Positions 15,784 to 26,000 of a stretch of DNA of 32,000 nt are shown here, in pieces. Every line of letters begins with the position of its first letter. Positions within the stretch are counted from its first letter, which is position 1. The DNA comes from Telmatocola sphagniphila. Lineage in GTDB: Bacteria > Planctomycetota > Planctomycetia > Gemmatales > Gemmataceae. A model generated the notes under the pieces. That model was not told where the DNA came from and did not search any database. It saw only the letters and a program-made list of their open reading frames with translations. Location of the stretch: positions 4,560,001-4,592,000 of the forward strand of contig NZ_CP074694.1 of NCBI RefSeq assembly GCF_018398935.1. Direction: 5' to 3'. Both the position numbers and the translations under genes were made by a program.

Positions 15784-18585
15784 ATGCTTCGCATCACCCA
15801 GTCCGTCAGTGCCGCCGCTGCTAAGAAGTATTACAGCACGGCAGATTATTACACGGAAGGCCAGGAGATCGTCGGTTCCTGGGGAGGGGAAGCTGCCAAG
15901 AAATTAGGCCTCGAAGGAATTGTCGATCAGCAACTCTTCGAGCGGATGTGCGACAATCGCCATCCCTTCACCAATCAAAAACTCACGGTTCGAGACGGCT
16001 CTGAAAGAACCGTCGGTTATGACTTTACCTGGTCGGTGCCGAAGTCTGTTTCCTTGATGTATGCGCTCACCGGTGATCAGACAATTCTGGAGGCCTTTCG
16101 GGAATCGGTCCGCGAATCGATGCAAGAAATCGAACGTGAAATGAAAACGCGCGTTCGCATCAACGGCCGCGACGAAAATCGCACCACGGGCAATATGGTC
16201 TGGGCCGAGTTTATCCACACGACCTCAAGGCCAGTACAAGGTGTTCCTGACCCCCAATTGCATTCGCACTGCTTCGTTTTTAACACTACTTTTGATGAAA
16301 AAGAGAACCGCTGGAAAGCCGGTCAGTTCCGCGATCTGAAACGGGATGCCCCGTACTTTCAGGCGGCTTTTCGCGCCCGGTTGGCGGGCAAGCTCCAGGA
16401 TCTCGGATTTACACTGGAACGAAAACGAGATGATTTCGAGGTAGCCGGGATCTCCAAGGAGGTTATCAAGCGTTTTTCGCGACGGACTGATGTTATCGAG
16501 GGGGCCTATCGCGATTACCTAGCCGAGAAACTCGTCGAGTCGCATTATGTCGAGCGGAAAGAGGACGGGTATTATGCGGATCAAAAATTACTTTCCGATG
16601 AAGATATCCTTGCCTTGGCCGAACAGTATGGGCTGACGAACGACAAGGTCAAAGACGAACTGGGGGCCGAAACCCGGGAATCGAAATCGAGCCGCCATAG
16701 CTGGAACCAGTTGCGACAGATCTGGGATGCCAAGCTCTCTCGCGAGGATAGGGAGGCTATGGCCGAGGTCCACCGTCGCGAATCTCCTTCGAACAAACCG
16801 GAGCCGCAAAGTCAGGCGGCCGTCGACTATGCTCTCGCACACGTCTTTAAAACCAAGACCACAGCGACCGAGCGGGAAGTCCTGACCCATGCTCTCAAAC
16901 GCTATGTCGATTGCATCGATGTCACTTCGGTACAGCAGGAACTGTCCCTACGATCCTTGATTCGGGCCCGCAAAGGGGATCAGGTTCTGATTACGACCCC
17001 GAAAGTTCACGGCCTGGAAGTCTTCGTCAAAGAGTCGGCCCAAGAGGGGAGGGGGCGGTATCAGAAGTTTTTGCTGCATTCACCGACGATCCGCAGGGAC
17101 TGGCTCAATGAGGGACAGAGAAGAGCGGTCGAGCACGTCTGGGCCTCTCGGGATTTTGTCACCCTGATTCGCGGGGCGGCCGGTACCGGCAAAACTTCGA
17201 TGATGTCCGAGGCGATTGATGGCTTGGAGGCGGCCGGTCGTCATGTCACGGTTCTGGCACCGACCGTGAGTGCCAGCCATGAAGTACTTCGCGATGAAGG
17301 ATTTCGAGAAGCCGATACAGTAGCCCGTTTTCTCAAAGATCCGAAGATGCAGGAGAAAGCTCGGGGGCAGATCATTTGGGTGGATGAAGCGAGTATGATG
17401 GGCACAGAGGAGATGGCCAAACTCTTCCAAAAAGCCCAGGATCTGGGAGCCCGAATCGTACTATCCGGGGATCGCTTCCAACATCGGGCGGTCGCCCAAG
17501 GGGAACCTTTACGGCTGCTTGAACAGCGGGCCGGTTTGCCGGTCGCAGAGATCACCGAGATCATGCGCCAGAAACCGCAAGACTATCGCCGTGCGGTGGA
17601 GTTTTTGAGTCGGGGCGATACGGCGGCCGGACTCGATTTGTTCGAGAAGATGGGAAAAATTCGCGAGATCGCCGGGGAGGAGAGGGATGTCGCATTAAGC
17701 CAGGCCTATCTGGCGGCGGTGAAGGAAAAGAAGAAAAACGGCGAGAACGCAACCGCTTTGGTGGTCAGCCCGACCCACTCCGAAGGCAATCGCATTGCTG
17801 AGATGATCCGGAGCCAGCTCAAAAAAGCGGGAAGGATTAAAGGAGAAGTCACTCTCTCCACCTGGAAATCAGCCGGTCTAAGCGATCCCCAGAAGGGAGA
17901 TCGCACGCTTTATGAATCGGGGGACATGATCCAGTTCCATCAGAATGCCCCGGGGCATAAAAGTGGCTCTCGCCAAGTCCTCCTGGAAGGACAAAAACTT
18001 CCTCTAGAAGTGGCGGATCGCTTTGAACTGTTTAAGCCTTCGTCGCTCACTATTGGCCGTGGGGATCGCATTCGGATTACGCATCGCGGTCAGACTCAGG
18101 ACGGCAAACATCTCCTGGCCCGAAATGCCCTTTTTACCGTCCAAAAGGTTACCCCGCGAGGAGATCTGATCGTCGATCATGGTTGGGTGATCGACAAAGA
18201 TTTTGGGCATATCACTCAGGGCTATACGGTCACCTCACACGCCAGTGAAGGAAAGACGGTGGATCGAGTATTCATCGGTCAGTCGAGTGAATCGTTCCCA
18301 GCATCGAACCGTCGTCAGATCTACGTCTCGGCTTCACGAGCACGTCAAGAAGCGGTCATCTTCACCGATGACATTAAACAGCTTGCCAAGGCCGTGCGTC
18401 GGGCCGATGAGCCGATGTCGGCGATTGAACTCGAAGAGTTAGCCCGACAGCAAGCGACCACAAAGAAGCGTCGGCACAAACGACTTGCAAGAAACCAACG
18501 AAGCTTTAACCTGACGCGGCAAAACGAATTGCACCGCGATCAATTCGCACAAACTCGTCAACCGGAGGTAACGCATGAACGCTGA
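15784..18585 (+). CDS. MOBF-family conjugative relaxase fused to a RecD-like helicase (TrwC/TraA-type)
   Basis: 933-aa ORF. The N-terminus MLRITQSVSAAAAKKYYSTADYYTEGQE..GSWGGEAAKKLGL is TrwC-relaxase-typical. The histidine triad region is HTTSRPVQGVPDPQLHSHCFVFN. The central Walker A is IRGAAGTGKTS, with VDEASM as Walker B. The C-terminal helicase block is GYTVTSHASEGKTVD. Confidence 0.92.
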   Translation: MLRITQSVSAAAAKKYYSTADYYTEGQEIVGSWGGEAAKKLGLEGIVDQQLFERMCDNRHPFTNQKLTVRDGSERTVGYDFTWSVPKSVSLMYALTGDQTILEAFRESVRESMQEIEREMKTRVRINGRDENRTTGNMVWAEFIHTTSRPVQGVPDPQLHSHCFVFNTTFDEKENRWKAGQFRDLKRDAPYFQAAFRARLAGKLQDLGFTLERKRDDFEVAGISKEVIKRFSRRTDVIEGAYRDYLAEKLVESHYVERKEDGYYADQKLLSDEDILALAEQYGLTNDKVKDELGAETRESKSSRHSWNQLRQIWDAKLSREDREAMAEVHRRESPSNKPEPQSQAAVDYALAHVFKTKTTATEREVLTHALKRYVDCIDVTSVQQELSLRSLIRARKGDQVLITTPKVHGLEVFVKESAQEGRGRYQKFLLHSPTIRRDWLNEGQRRAVEHVWASRDFVTLIRGAAGTGKTSMMSEAIDGLEAAGRHVTVLAPTVSASHEVLRDEGFREADTVARFLKDPKMQEKARGQIIWVDEASMMGTEEMAKLFQKAQDLGARIVLSGDRFQHRAVAQGEPLRLLEQRAGLPVAEITEIMRQKPQDYRRAVEFLSRGDTAAGLDLFEKMGKIREIAGEERDVALSQAYLAAVKEKKKNGENATALVVSPTHSEGNRIAEMIRSQLKKAGRIKGEVTLSTWKSAGLSDPQKGDRTLYESGDMIQFHQNAPGHKSGSRQVLLEGQKLPLEVADRFELFKPSSLTIGRGDRIRITHRGQTQDGKHLLARNALFTVQKVTPRGDLIVDHGWVIDKDFGHITQGYTVTSHASEGKTVDRVFIGQSSESFPASNRRQIYVSASRARQEAVIFTDDIKQLAKAVRRADEPMSAIELEELARQQATTKKRRHKRLARNQRSFNLTRQNELHRDQFAQTRQPEVTHER

Positions 18586-19111
18586 ATCGCAACAAGAAGC
18601 TTTAGAGATCTTTCGGGGCGGACGAGCCCAGCCCAAAACGGGGTTTCTGCCGAAAGATCTCAAGGCCGCAGATACGGACGAAGAAGCCTCTTGCCGGGCG
18701 TACGGTTTCTTGCGGGGATTGCGAGAGAAGGCCCACATGCTCGAATTGCGTTTCAAAAACGGCAATACCGAGGCCCTGGCGTATCATCTTTTGCATTCGA
18801 TGCGGTTCAATCCGTCTTATGGGGTCCTACTTCGCTTCGGCGGGGATATTACCACGATGGTGATGATCTCCGGCAGCAATCTCGATGTCGTGCTGAAGGA
18901 TATGGAGGTCAATCTCACCGATAGGGGAATTCAGCGGCAGCGGATTACTTGGGTCCGGGAGATGGACGAGGATGAGCTTCGCAAATTGAAGCCAAGTGAT
19001 CCCTCTATCGATGCGATTGCCGTCGGAGAATGTGAATCCGAGGAGACTGTTCAAACCTGGATGGGTCAGAATGCGAAAGGATTTGCAAGGAATAGTGTAC
19101 CCGTGCTGTGA
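18575..19111 (+). CDS. Hypothetical protein, translationally coupled to the relaxase
   Basis: 178-aa ORF whose ATG overlaps the relaxase 3' end by 11 nt. Its composition matches the backbone. No motif is recognised. Confidence 0.5.
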   Translation: MNAESQQEALEIFRGGRAQPKTGFLPKDLKAADTDEEASCRAYGFLRGLREKAHMLELRFKNGNTEALAYHLLHSMRFNPSYGVLLRFGGDITTMVMISGSNLDVVLKDMEVNLTDRGIQRQRITWVREMDEDELRKLKPSDPSIDAIAVGECESEETVQTWMGQNAKGFARNSVPVL

Positions 19112-19159
19112 ACTGCATACTTGCGGGCTTTGCTAGTATGGAGAGTATTATGTATCCAA

Positions 19160-19570
19160 TCAGCACGGTTTTTCAGCTTTGGCTCGCTGAGCCTCGGCCC
19201 AGCGGGAGGGGAAGAGGTTGGTCAACTGTTGGTAGTCGGCTTTGGGAATCCGTGCCAGCACGTCTCGCAGGTAGGCGAAAGGGTCGATGCCGTGTCGTCG
19301 GCAAGTTTGCGTGAAGCTGTAGAGCACGGCGGCGGTTCGGCCGCCCTCGTCGCTGCCCGCGAACATCCAATTTTTGCGTCCGACGGCTCCCGCACGCAAG
19401 GCTCGCTCGGCGGCATTGTTGTCGATGTTCAAGAAGCCGTGCTCGGTGAAGCGACGCAAGGCCTCGCTCTGTCGCTGGGCGTAGGCGATGGCTTGGGCCA
19501 TCGGGCTTTTGGGCAACACCAGCTTGGCCTGCTCGTCGATCCAGAGCATGAACTCATTGTCCTTTACCGC
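19160..19570 (-). pseudogene. IS66-family transposase (TnpC) 3' fragment
   Basis: The C-terminal ~135 aa of track ORF 19160..19753 read ...FMLWIDEQAKLVLPKSPMAQAIAYAQRQSEALRRFTEHGFLNIDNNAAERALRAGAVGRKNWMFAGSDEGGRTAAVLYSFTQTCRRHGIDPFAYLRDVLARIP. This matches the conserved IS66 TnpC C-terminus (IDNNxAERxxR...GRKNWxFxGS). The ~350 aa that normally precede it are absent. Confidence 0.8.
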
Positions 19571-19806
19571 GGTTTGATCGCACTTTGGAATTCGAATAGC
19601 CGAATAGTTATTGAATTGCCAGTCGTCGCTTACGCTGCGAATTTGGTAAGGGAATTGACCTGTTAAGTCGGTTTTTCCCCGCCGTCTTTGATCGGTGATA
19701 AATCGTACCTCGCTCCTACCCCGCCTCGTGTCTGTACAATTTTCCTTTTCCATTTTGCTGAGGCTTACTCCTTGGGCGAGGTGCGGTTTTACCGCAGCGA
19801 GGAGGA

Positions 19807-20481
19807 ATGGAGTTCGTTCCCGGCACCGGCAAGAGCTTCATCAAGCAATCCCTTCAGCGGCTTCCCGAAAACCAGCACCTGGTCGCCACCGTGGGCCGCA
19901 CCTTGCACACCTATACCAACTCCGTCAAAATACTCTGCGATGCGTTCCGCATCGACTTCGAAAGCTCTGCCTTCAAGTGCGAACGCCGACTCATCGAACA
20001 AGCCTTCAGCCTCAACCATGCGGGCAAGTCGGTCACCACCATTCTCGACGACGCTCACCTCATGGATATGGCCTGTCTGCGAAAGTTGCGGCTGCTCTTC
20101 GAAGACTTCCCCAAAAACCACAACCTCATCCTCATCGGCCAACCCAGCCTGCTCGCCAACCTCGACCTCGGCGTCAACCAGGACATCAAAAGCCGAGTCA
20201 CTTACTCCGTCATCGCCAAACGGCTCGGACCCGATTTACTGCGCGACTTCCTTCTCCGGGAACTCGATCGCATCGGACTCGGCCACAATACTTTTACGCA
20301 ACCCGCCGTCGATCTCATCGTCCGCGCCGCCGACGGCATCCTGCGTAAAGCCCGCAATCTCTGCGTCGGCTGCCTCATCGAAGCCGTTCGATCCGCCAAT
20401 AAAACCGTGGACATCGACAACGTCAACCGCGTCTTGATGCAACCCCACTGGCAAAAAGAATCCGACCTCGCCGATTACTGA
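19807..20481 (+). pseudogene. AAA_22 / ExeA- or TniB-like transposition ATPase, apparently 5'-truncated
   Basis: The 224-aa ORF begins only 5 residues before the Walker A (MEFVPGTGKSF). Walker B is ILDDAHLM. The same frame has a stop at 19759..19761, so the usual ~35-40 aa N-terminal segment is missing. It abuts the IS66 fragment. Confidence 0.65.
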
Positions 20482-20507
20482 TTCTCAGCGCCCCCGTCGG
20501 AGAAACG

Positions 20508-20813
20508 ATGATCCAACCCGATCTACTACGCCGCATTCGCAACGATTTGCCCATGCCCGTCACCATCGCCACGCTGGGAGCCGATGGGCCACCTTCGAAA
20601 ATGAGCGAAGGTTACTTCCGCTTCCTCTGCCCCAACTGCGGCGAAATGCGGGCTACCGTCAACCCACGCAACAACCTCGCCCACTGCTTCGACTGCCAAA
20701 AAAACTTCAACAACATCGACCTCTTGCTCACTCTCGATTACGACTTCCTCACCGCCGTCGATTTACTCGAACGCTGGCTCAACGAATATCAAACCCGACA
20801 AGCCAAAAAGTAA
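20508..20813 (+). CDS. Small zinc-finger protein (CHC2/primase-like C4 finger), probably part of the same transposon remnant
   Basis: 101-aa ORF with CPNCGEMRATVNPRNNLAHCFDCQKNFNNIDLL (CxxC-x15-HCxxC). Confidence 0.5.
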   Translation: MIQPDLLRRIRNDLPMPVTIATLGADGPPSKMSEGYFRFLCPNCGEMRATVNPRNNLAHCFDCQKNFNNIDLLLTLDYDFLTAVDLLERWLNEYQTRQAKK

Positions 20814-21067
20814 TCAGTCGCAGGAAGCCCGTTCCTCTACGAACCTCTGCTGCTCGCGGCGACCGGCAGCGCCTCGCGCCGGACTACGCCGGCCCATCGC
20901 AACACCCCGGTCTCGGTCATCAGACCGCTCCAAAATTCCCCGGTATTCGGCAAAACACCCTTCAAAATGCCAAAATCCCTACAGCTTTAATTCGGCTACA
21001 AATGCGACCAGAATTCGGTTCGGGACAAGTAGGAGAAATGTATACCCGGTTTGAATTTTACTTCTGC

Positions 21068-21692
21068 CTAGAATTCGACGGCTTCATCCTTGAGTACTTG
21101 CAAATCTTTCGGAAGGAGATTGTCGCAGCGCCCGTGCTTGAGGTGGCTCCAGAGTTGTTCGACGGGATTGAGTTCCGAAGCGTACGGAGGTAGCAATTCG
21201 AAGGATAATTTAGAAAGATCTCTTAGCAATCATCGCTTTTCTTCTGGGCATTTGCGGAGAGAAGCCTTGCTTGCTTATCCAGCCGCAGAGGTAGTTGGTA
21301 TTAAAATGAATGCGTAATTTCTTTTTGATCAAGTGAACGACTCTCGGTGATGTCCAAAGGTTAGTCCGAAAGTCGAAATCTCGGGCGTCGCATAGGAGCC
21401 AGGAACGGATTTCCCGAAGTTGCTCTTGGGTCAATTTGGATTTCGGACCGGGATGCTTAACAGCTTCGAGCCCCTGTTTGTCGCGAGTTTTGTGGCAGGA
21501 GATCCAGCGATCCACGCTACGAGAATTGACCTTAAGTATCTGGGCCACTCTCTGGATAGTATTGCCTTCCAGGGTCAGTTGAACGCCGAGACGGCGTCGA
21601 TTTTCTTGCGCCTGGCTGCTAGTAATTTTCTTGACCAGAGAGGCGGTGGTTTGTGTTGACATAACCATGGTATGGCCACGACCGCACCCCAA
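21068..21692 (-). pseudogene. IS630-family transposase with an internal deletion of the DDE core (non-autonomous remnant)
   Basis: ORF 21210..21692 encodes only the N-terminal HTH part (...IQRVAQILKVNSRSVDRWI...NLWTSPRVVHLIKKKL...GFSPQMPRRKA). Immediately downstream, in another frame (21208..21068), I translate LSFELLPPYASELNPVEQLWSHLKHGRCDNLLPKDLQVLKDEAVEF*. This is the extreme C-terminus of IS630 transposases, including the catalytic E region. About 150 aa between the two parts are missing. Confidence 0.75.
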
Positions 21693-21839
21693 GCAAACGT
21701 ATTGAAAACTATCCCGAGAATTAAAATTCCTTCCCAGGATATTGCAAATGCTGCAACGGCTGTATCAGGGCGAGGAGGAGTGGAGGAGAATAAAACAAGA
21801 TAATAGATCATACAACACGAAGCAGCAATATAAAATAAA

Positions 21840-22364
21840 TCATTGAGGTCTATCCCAAACGAGATCATAAGCGTCCAGTATATTGAAAATATCTAATATC
21901 TCGAGGTAAGTGGGATTATTATCCGTAGAGCTCGCAAGCCAAACTTCAGAATCTATATAACCAAAAACATATTTTATTTTATTTTGAAATGTATTTTTAA
22001 CTGAAAGAAATATGTCGATTGATAACCAATCGTCTGGATAAATCAACTCAGACGACTTATAGTTTGATAACTTGACGCAATTCGAGTGGCTTGCGATTTT
22101 AACAAAATGATCGACAAGTGCAGCATCAGGAGATGAAAATACAACATGAATGCCGCAGAAGCAATTTGAGGTATCTGCTATAAGCAGAGGAAAATAACCA
22201 CGAACCATTAGGTTAAATAGTTTAGGTTTTTCCTTCGCCCAATTTCCATCTGGAAATAAAGGATTTCCAAATTCAAAAAGCAAATCGGTCATATTGAAAT
22301 GCCTCTCCGAGTGAAAAAAAATCAAAGCCTCTCGCATGAGGTTAAAAGCAGAGAATTTATACAC
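21840..22364 (-). CDS. Hypothetical protein in an AT-rich segment; candidate orphan or cognate immunity protein of the RHS locus
   Basis: A 174-codon ORF in very AT-rich DNA, where long stop-free runs are unlikely by chance. The likely real start is ATG 22292 (MTDLLFEFGNPLFPDGNW...), preceded by GGAGAGG. It is on the same strand as the RHS gene and downstream of it. No family is recognised. Confidence 0.45.
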   Translation of the reverse strand: MYKFSAFNLMREALIFFHSERHFNMTDLLFEFGNPLFPDGNWAKEKPKLFNLMVRGYFPLLIADTSNCFCGIHVVFSSPDAALVDHFVKIASHSNCVKLSNYKSSELIYPDDWLSIDIFLSVKNTFQNKIKYVFGYIDSEVWLASSTDNNPTYLEILDIFNILDAYDLVWDRPQ

Positions 22365-22829
22365 AAAGTTACAATCTGAAAATAATTACGACTCTTCAGC
22401 TACAATATGACTGCAAAGGTAAATAAATTGAGGTTGTTATTACAATTAGCAGTAATTAAATATTGACTAGCGATTAATACATACTAATTACTATCAATTT
22501 CCAAGCACGATTACTCCTCGTCAAGTGGTTACATTGTTTGACTTAATTGCAAAATACTCATCTAGTCTGGCGCAATGCGAATTAATCAAAACGAATTTTC
22601 CGTATTAAGAAGAGTATCTTAAGCGGACCTGACAAATCCCAAAATATCAATTGAATGCCCGCACATAAAAGTATTTAGCTGAATCTTAAAATAGATCATA
22701 ATGAATAGCCTGTGCGCAAAAACGCAATAACAAGTTATCTGCATATTTGGTAATAATTTTTATTTAACTAACCTAAGCCGGATATAGTATCGCAGATCGA
22801 ACTAATTGACAAATGCTAATAATTAAGAG

Positions 22830-22890
22830 GCCCTAACAAAACCTCTGATTGTCCATTGAATACCGCTATAAAAAGGGGTTTTGTTAGGGC
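22830..22890. repeat. 14-bp perfect inverted repeat (long-loop hairpin) in the AT-rich gap
   Basis: GCCCTAACAAAACC - about 33 nt - GGTTTTGTTAGGGC. It is a GC-rich island within AT-rich DNA that has no ORF of 60 codons or more, about 190 nt downstream of the RHS stop. Confidence 0.5.
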
Positions 22891-23076
22891 TTCTAAGTAA
22901 AAAACAAGCGAAAATCAAGTTTTCTAGCAAAAATTAAGAATACATATATTGCTACTATTTTGAATAAAACACAATTCTTGATTGATCGATCTTCTCGGAA
23001 GAAAACTAATCAAGTCCGTTTTTCTGTATTCGATGCGAAAAAGATATAGTTTTCGTCGAGGTCGCTTAAGCAATTC

Positions 23077-26000
23077 CTATTTGATACCAACGACCTGATT
23101 TCCATTTGCGTCGACGCGAACTCTAATCTTTTGCCCTCCAGGTGTTAGCCAAATCTGCACAGTCCATTTTGCACCCGGCAGCGTGTCTATAAGCACGGAG
23201 CCGGGAGGCACTACTCCTGTTGGTTGAGAATTTTCATTTCCTTCATAAGCTATATATATAATCCCTCCTATCAAAGCGAGAGCACCTGCACATCTGCAAA
23301 ATCGCATTACAATTTTTACTACTCGTTCACGCGCTGCAAAATCTGGAAATGATCCATTACCTGGAAGTCGTGGTGCATTTGGATCAGTTAATCTCAGAAT
23401 TCTCCACTTATTAAAATCAGTTACACCCGGCTGCTTCTCAATGGCATTACAATATTTCTCTATCATGATTTCAATATTATTTTTTCCGACTTTGGCTTCT
23501 AATTCTGCTAGTGTTAAATCAGTTCTGTTATTTAAAAAAAGGTTTATCAATTTCCGTGCTTCTGCCAAAGTCAAATCTGACAGTCCGAATGGGTCTATAG
23601 ATTTTATAACGTTATTATTACAAAACATATAAAAATTATTGTCACCACTAAGAAATTCAATTGGATCATTTTGCATCCATCTCTCAAGTGTTGGACTGTA
23701 CATTCGATTTCGGAAGCTGGAAAGTCCTCCAGCTTCGAGTTCTCCACCCTGATGCAAAAATTTCCATCCGTATGCACTTCCACTTAAAGAACCCCATGAT
23801 GAATTCAGATAGCTAACCACTCCAAAAGGCGAATAAGTGTACCGCTCAAGTACACTTCCGAAGGTGTTTACTAGAGAGGTTGTGTCGTAATCAGCATTCT
23901 GGAGTGCATAAATTCGCAGATTTAATGTTCCACTTCCAGTACTTGTGTCCCTACTAATCATGGCATCTATGTAGGTTGGGCTCCAAACATACCGATCCGT
24001 TTCAGTACTTCCTTGATATTCTTCGATCAGTTGCCACTGCGCTGAAAAATATCGATCTGTTGTCGTCCCAGATACAATCGCCTGAATTTGACGACCCAAG
24101 GCATCATTCACGTAAGAAGCGATAGTGCTACCGCTGGAATTTTTGACTGCCACCAACATGTTCCAAGCATCATAGACATACTGATTGCTGTTTTCATCGG
24201 TGGTAGTGTTTCCGTTCGAATCGTAACCTGGTGTTGCACTTCCGACTGCCGTGTATTCATTTTGTGTGTTAGCAGTACGCGTCTGGCCCGTTCCATTGGT
24301 CGTAACGTTGGTCATGTTCCCAAAAGAATCATAAGTCCAACTTTGTGTTGCACTGGGTGTTCCACTGATTCCTGTCTTAGTTCCATTCAGAGTCCCCTGG
24401 GCATAACTCGATGTTTGATTCAGTGCGTCGTATGTGAAAATCTCACTTTCCGCTGAATTTAAGAGATTGTTTTCGTAGAGAACGTTGCCATCCGCGTCGT
24501 AGCCATATTGGATTCGATCGACGGCAGTTCCCGAAGAATTAACCCAGCGTTGATCGATCACTCGACCAAAGCTATCCAGGCCGGTGTATTGATCCCCGGC
24601 TGACCCGTTACTCTCCCCCGATTCCTTGATATAAGTCAATTCAATCCCTGCTTGATTAAGATCGCGTACTACGATGGTATCTAATCCCAGATAGGTGTAG
24701 CTCTCTAGAGTTCCCGAGGAATCGCTTAGGGACGAAAGTCGACTGATTGTGTTGTTGAGCCCCGAAGAATAGTTATAGTTAATGGTGTAGCCATCGGCGT
24801 ACGTCATGCTCGTCAATCGACTGTTGTTCGCACCGCCAGCCATTTCCGAGTAAGAATACTGGATTTCAGGAGTAGTGCCGGTCACGACGGCCCCCGAATG
24901 GGATTGGTATTCGCCGATCAATTGATCCAGTCCATTATAAACGTCTTCGACTTGATTTACTATTGTTCCACCACTCGAAGTGCTGTAGCTGGTAAAAAGA
25001 TACGGATTGCCCTGCGTGTCGTAAGCAATCGTATGCTCTCGAATCGTTCCATCAACTCCTGTTCCCAGTTGCACGATAGCATCGGCTGTTTGTCGTCCGA
25101 GAACATCGTACGAGTAAGTGTGTTCATTCCCGTTGCGGTCCTGGAACGAAATTTTCTCACCGAGAGCATCGTAATTGGTTATTTCTTCTTGAGTGGTGCT
25201 GGGTGCGCCGGTTGGTCCGGGATACTCCGTAATTCCTACCAAATCATTGGAATAGAGATAGCTCCCCGGGGTGCCCGTACCGACAACGCCATAAACCCAA
25301 GCCGTGGTTTCGTTGTTACCACTGGCGGCAACGGCTGTTTCGCTCGTCATCCCCACCGCATTGTAAGTGTACTCAGTGGTCTTGTTAGTTTCGTTCGTAG
25401 GAATGCCGTTGGTGTAATCTTGGATAGTTTCCGTTGTTCTCCCCAGCATGTCGTAATAATTTCGAGTGTCCAATCCCAAGGGATCGACGACATCCAAGAC
25501 GTTGCCAGCTGCATCATAACTGGTTGTTGTGACCAATACAGTTGAGCTTGAGCTTGGAACAGAACTGGGTCGCGTGTAAGCTGTTCCTCCATTGGTTCCG
25601 ACGTTCACATCCGCAATTGCACGGTCGGCCATGTCGTAGTAGCTCGCATCATAATAGACGCGAGCTCCGATACCGCTCGTCGGCGATCCGAGGGCCCCCG
25701 TACCGGTGGCACTATCGAACCGCTGACGATCTACCGTCAGGATCACATTGCCATTTGCATCATGGGTATACTCTTTTTGATCGAGCACGGTATCGCTGGC
25801 AACACTGCTGGCCGCTGCCCAAGAATTGCCACCACCACCGTCGGTCGTGTAGTCTACTGTGTTTCGTCCCGCTCCGTCGTAAACTTCTTTCTCGACGAGT
25901 CCGCCCGGACTGGAAGTCTCAATGGCATCGCCACGATGATCGTAGTAAGTGTTCGTATTCAAGGACGATGTCGAAACACTTCCCGTACTCGGATCAACGT

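Noticed and set aside
19627-19633. GTAAGCG on the minus strand, resembling the conserved start of IS66-family terminal inverted repeats, which would suggest an IRL fused to the tnpC 3' fragment
   Set aside because: I could not find a matching inverted partner in the 48 bp between the tnpC stop (19160) and the upstream gene (19111). A 7-mer alone is weak evidence.
19688-20437. 249-aa and 217-aa plus-strand ORFs (S/P/T/R-rich) and minus-strand ORFs overlapping the AAA ATPase gene
   Set aside because: These are alternative frames of the ATPase coding sequence. Their translations are low-complexity, whereas the 19807..20481 frame has Walker A/B motifs.
20986-21725. Possible IS630 terminal inverted repeats: TTTAATTCGG at 20986..20995 versus the reverse complement of CCGAGAATTAAA at 21714..21725
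   Set aside because: Only about 8 contiguous matching bases, with poor similarity beyond them. It is suggestive because the AT-rich shift begins near 21725, but it is insufficient to call element boundaries.
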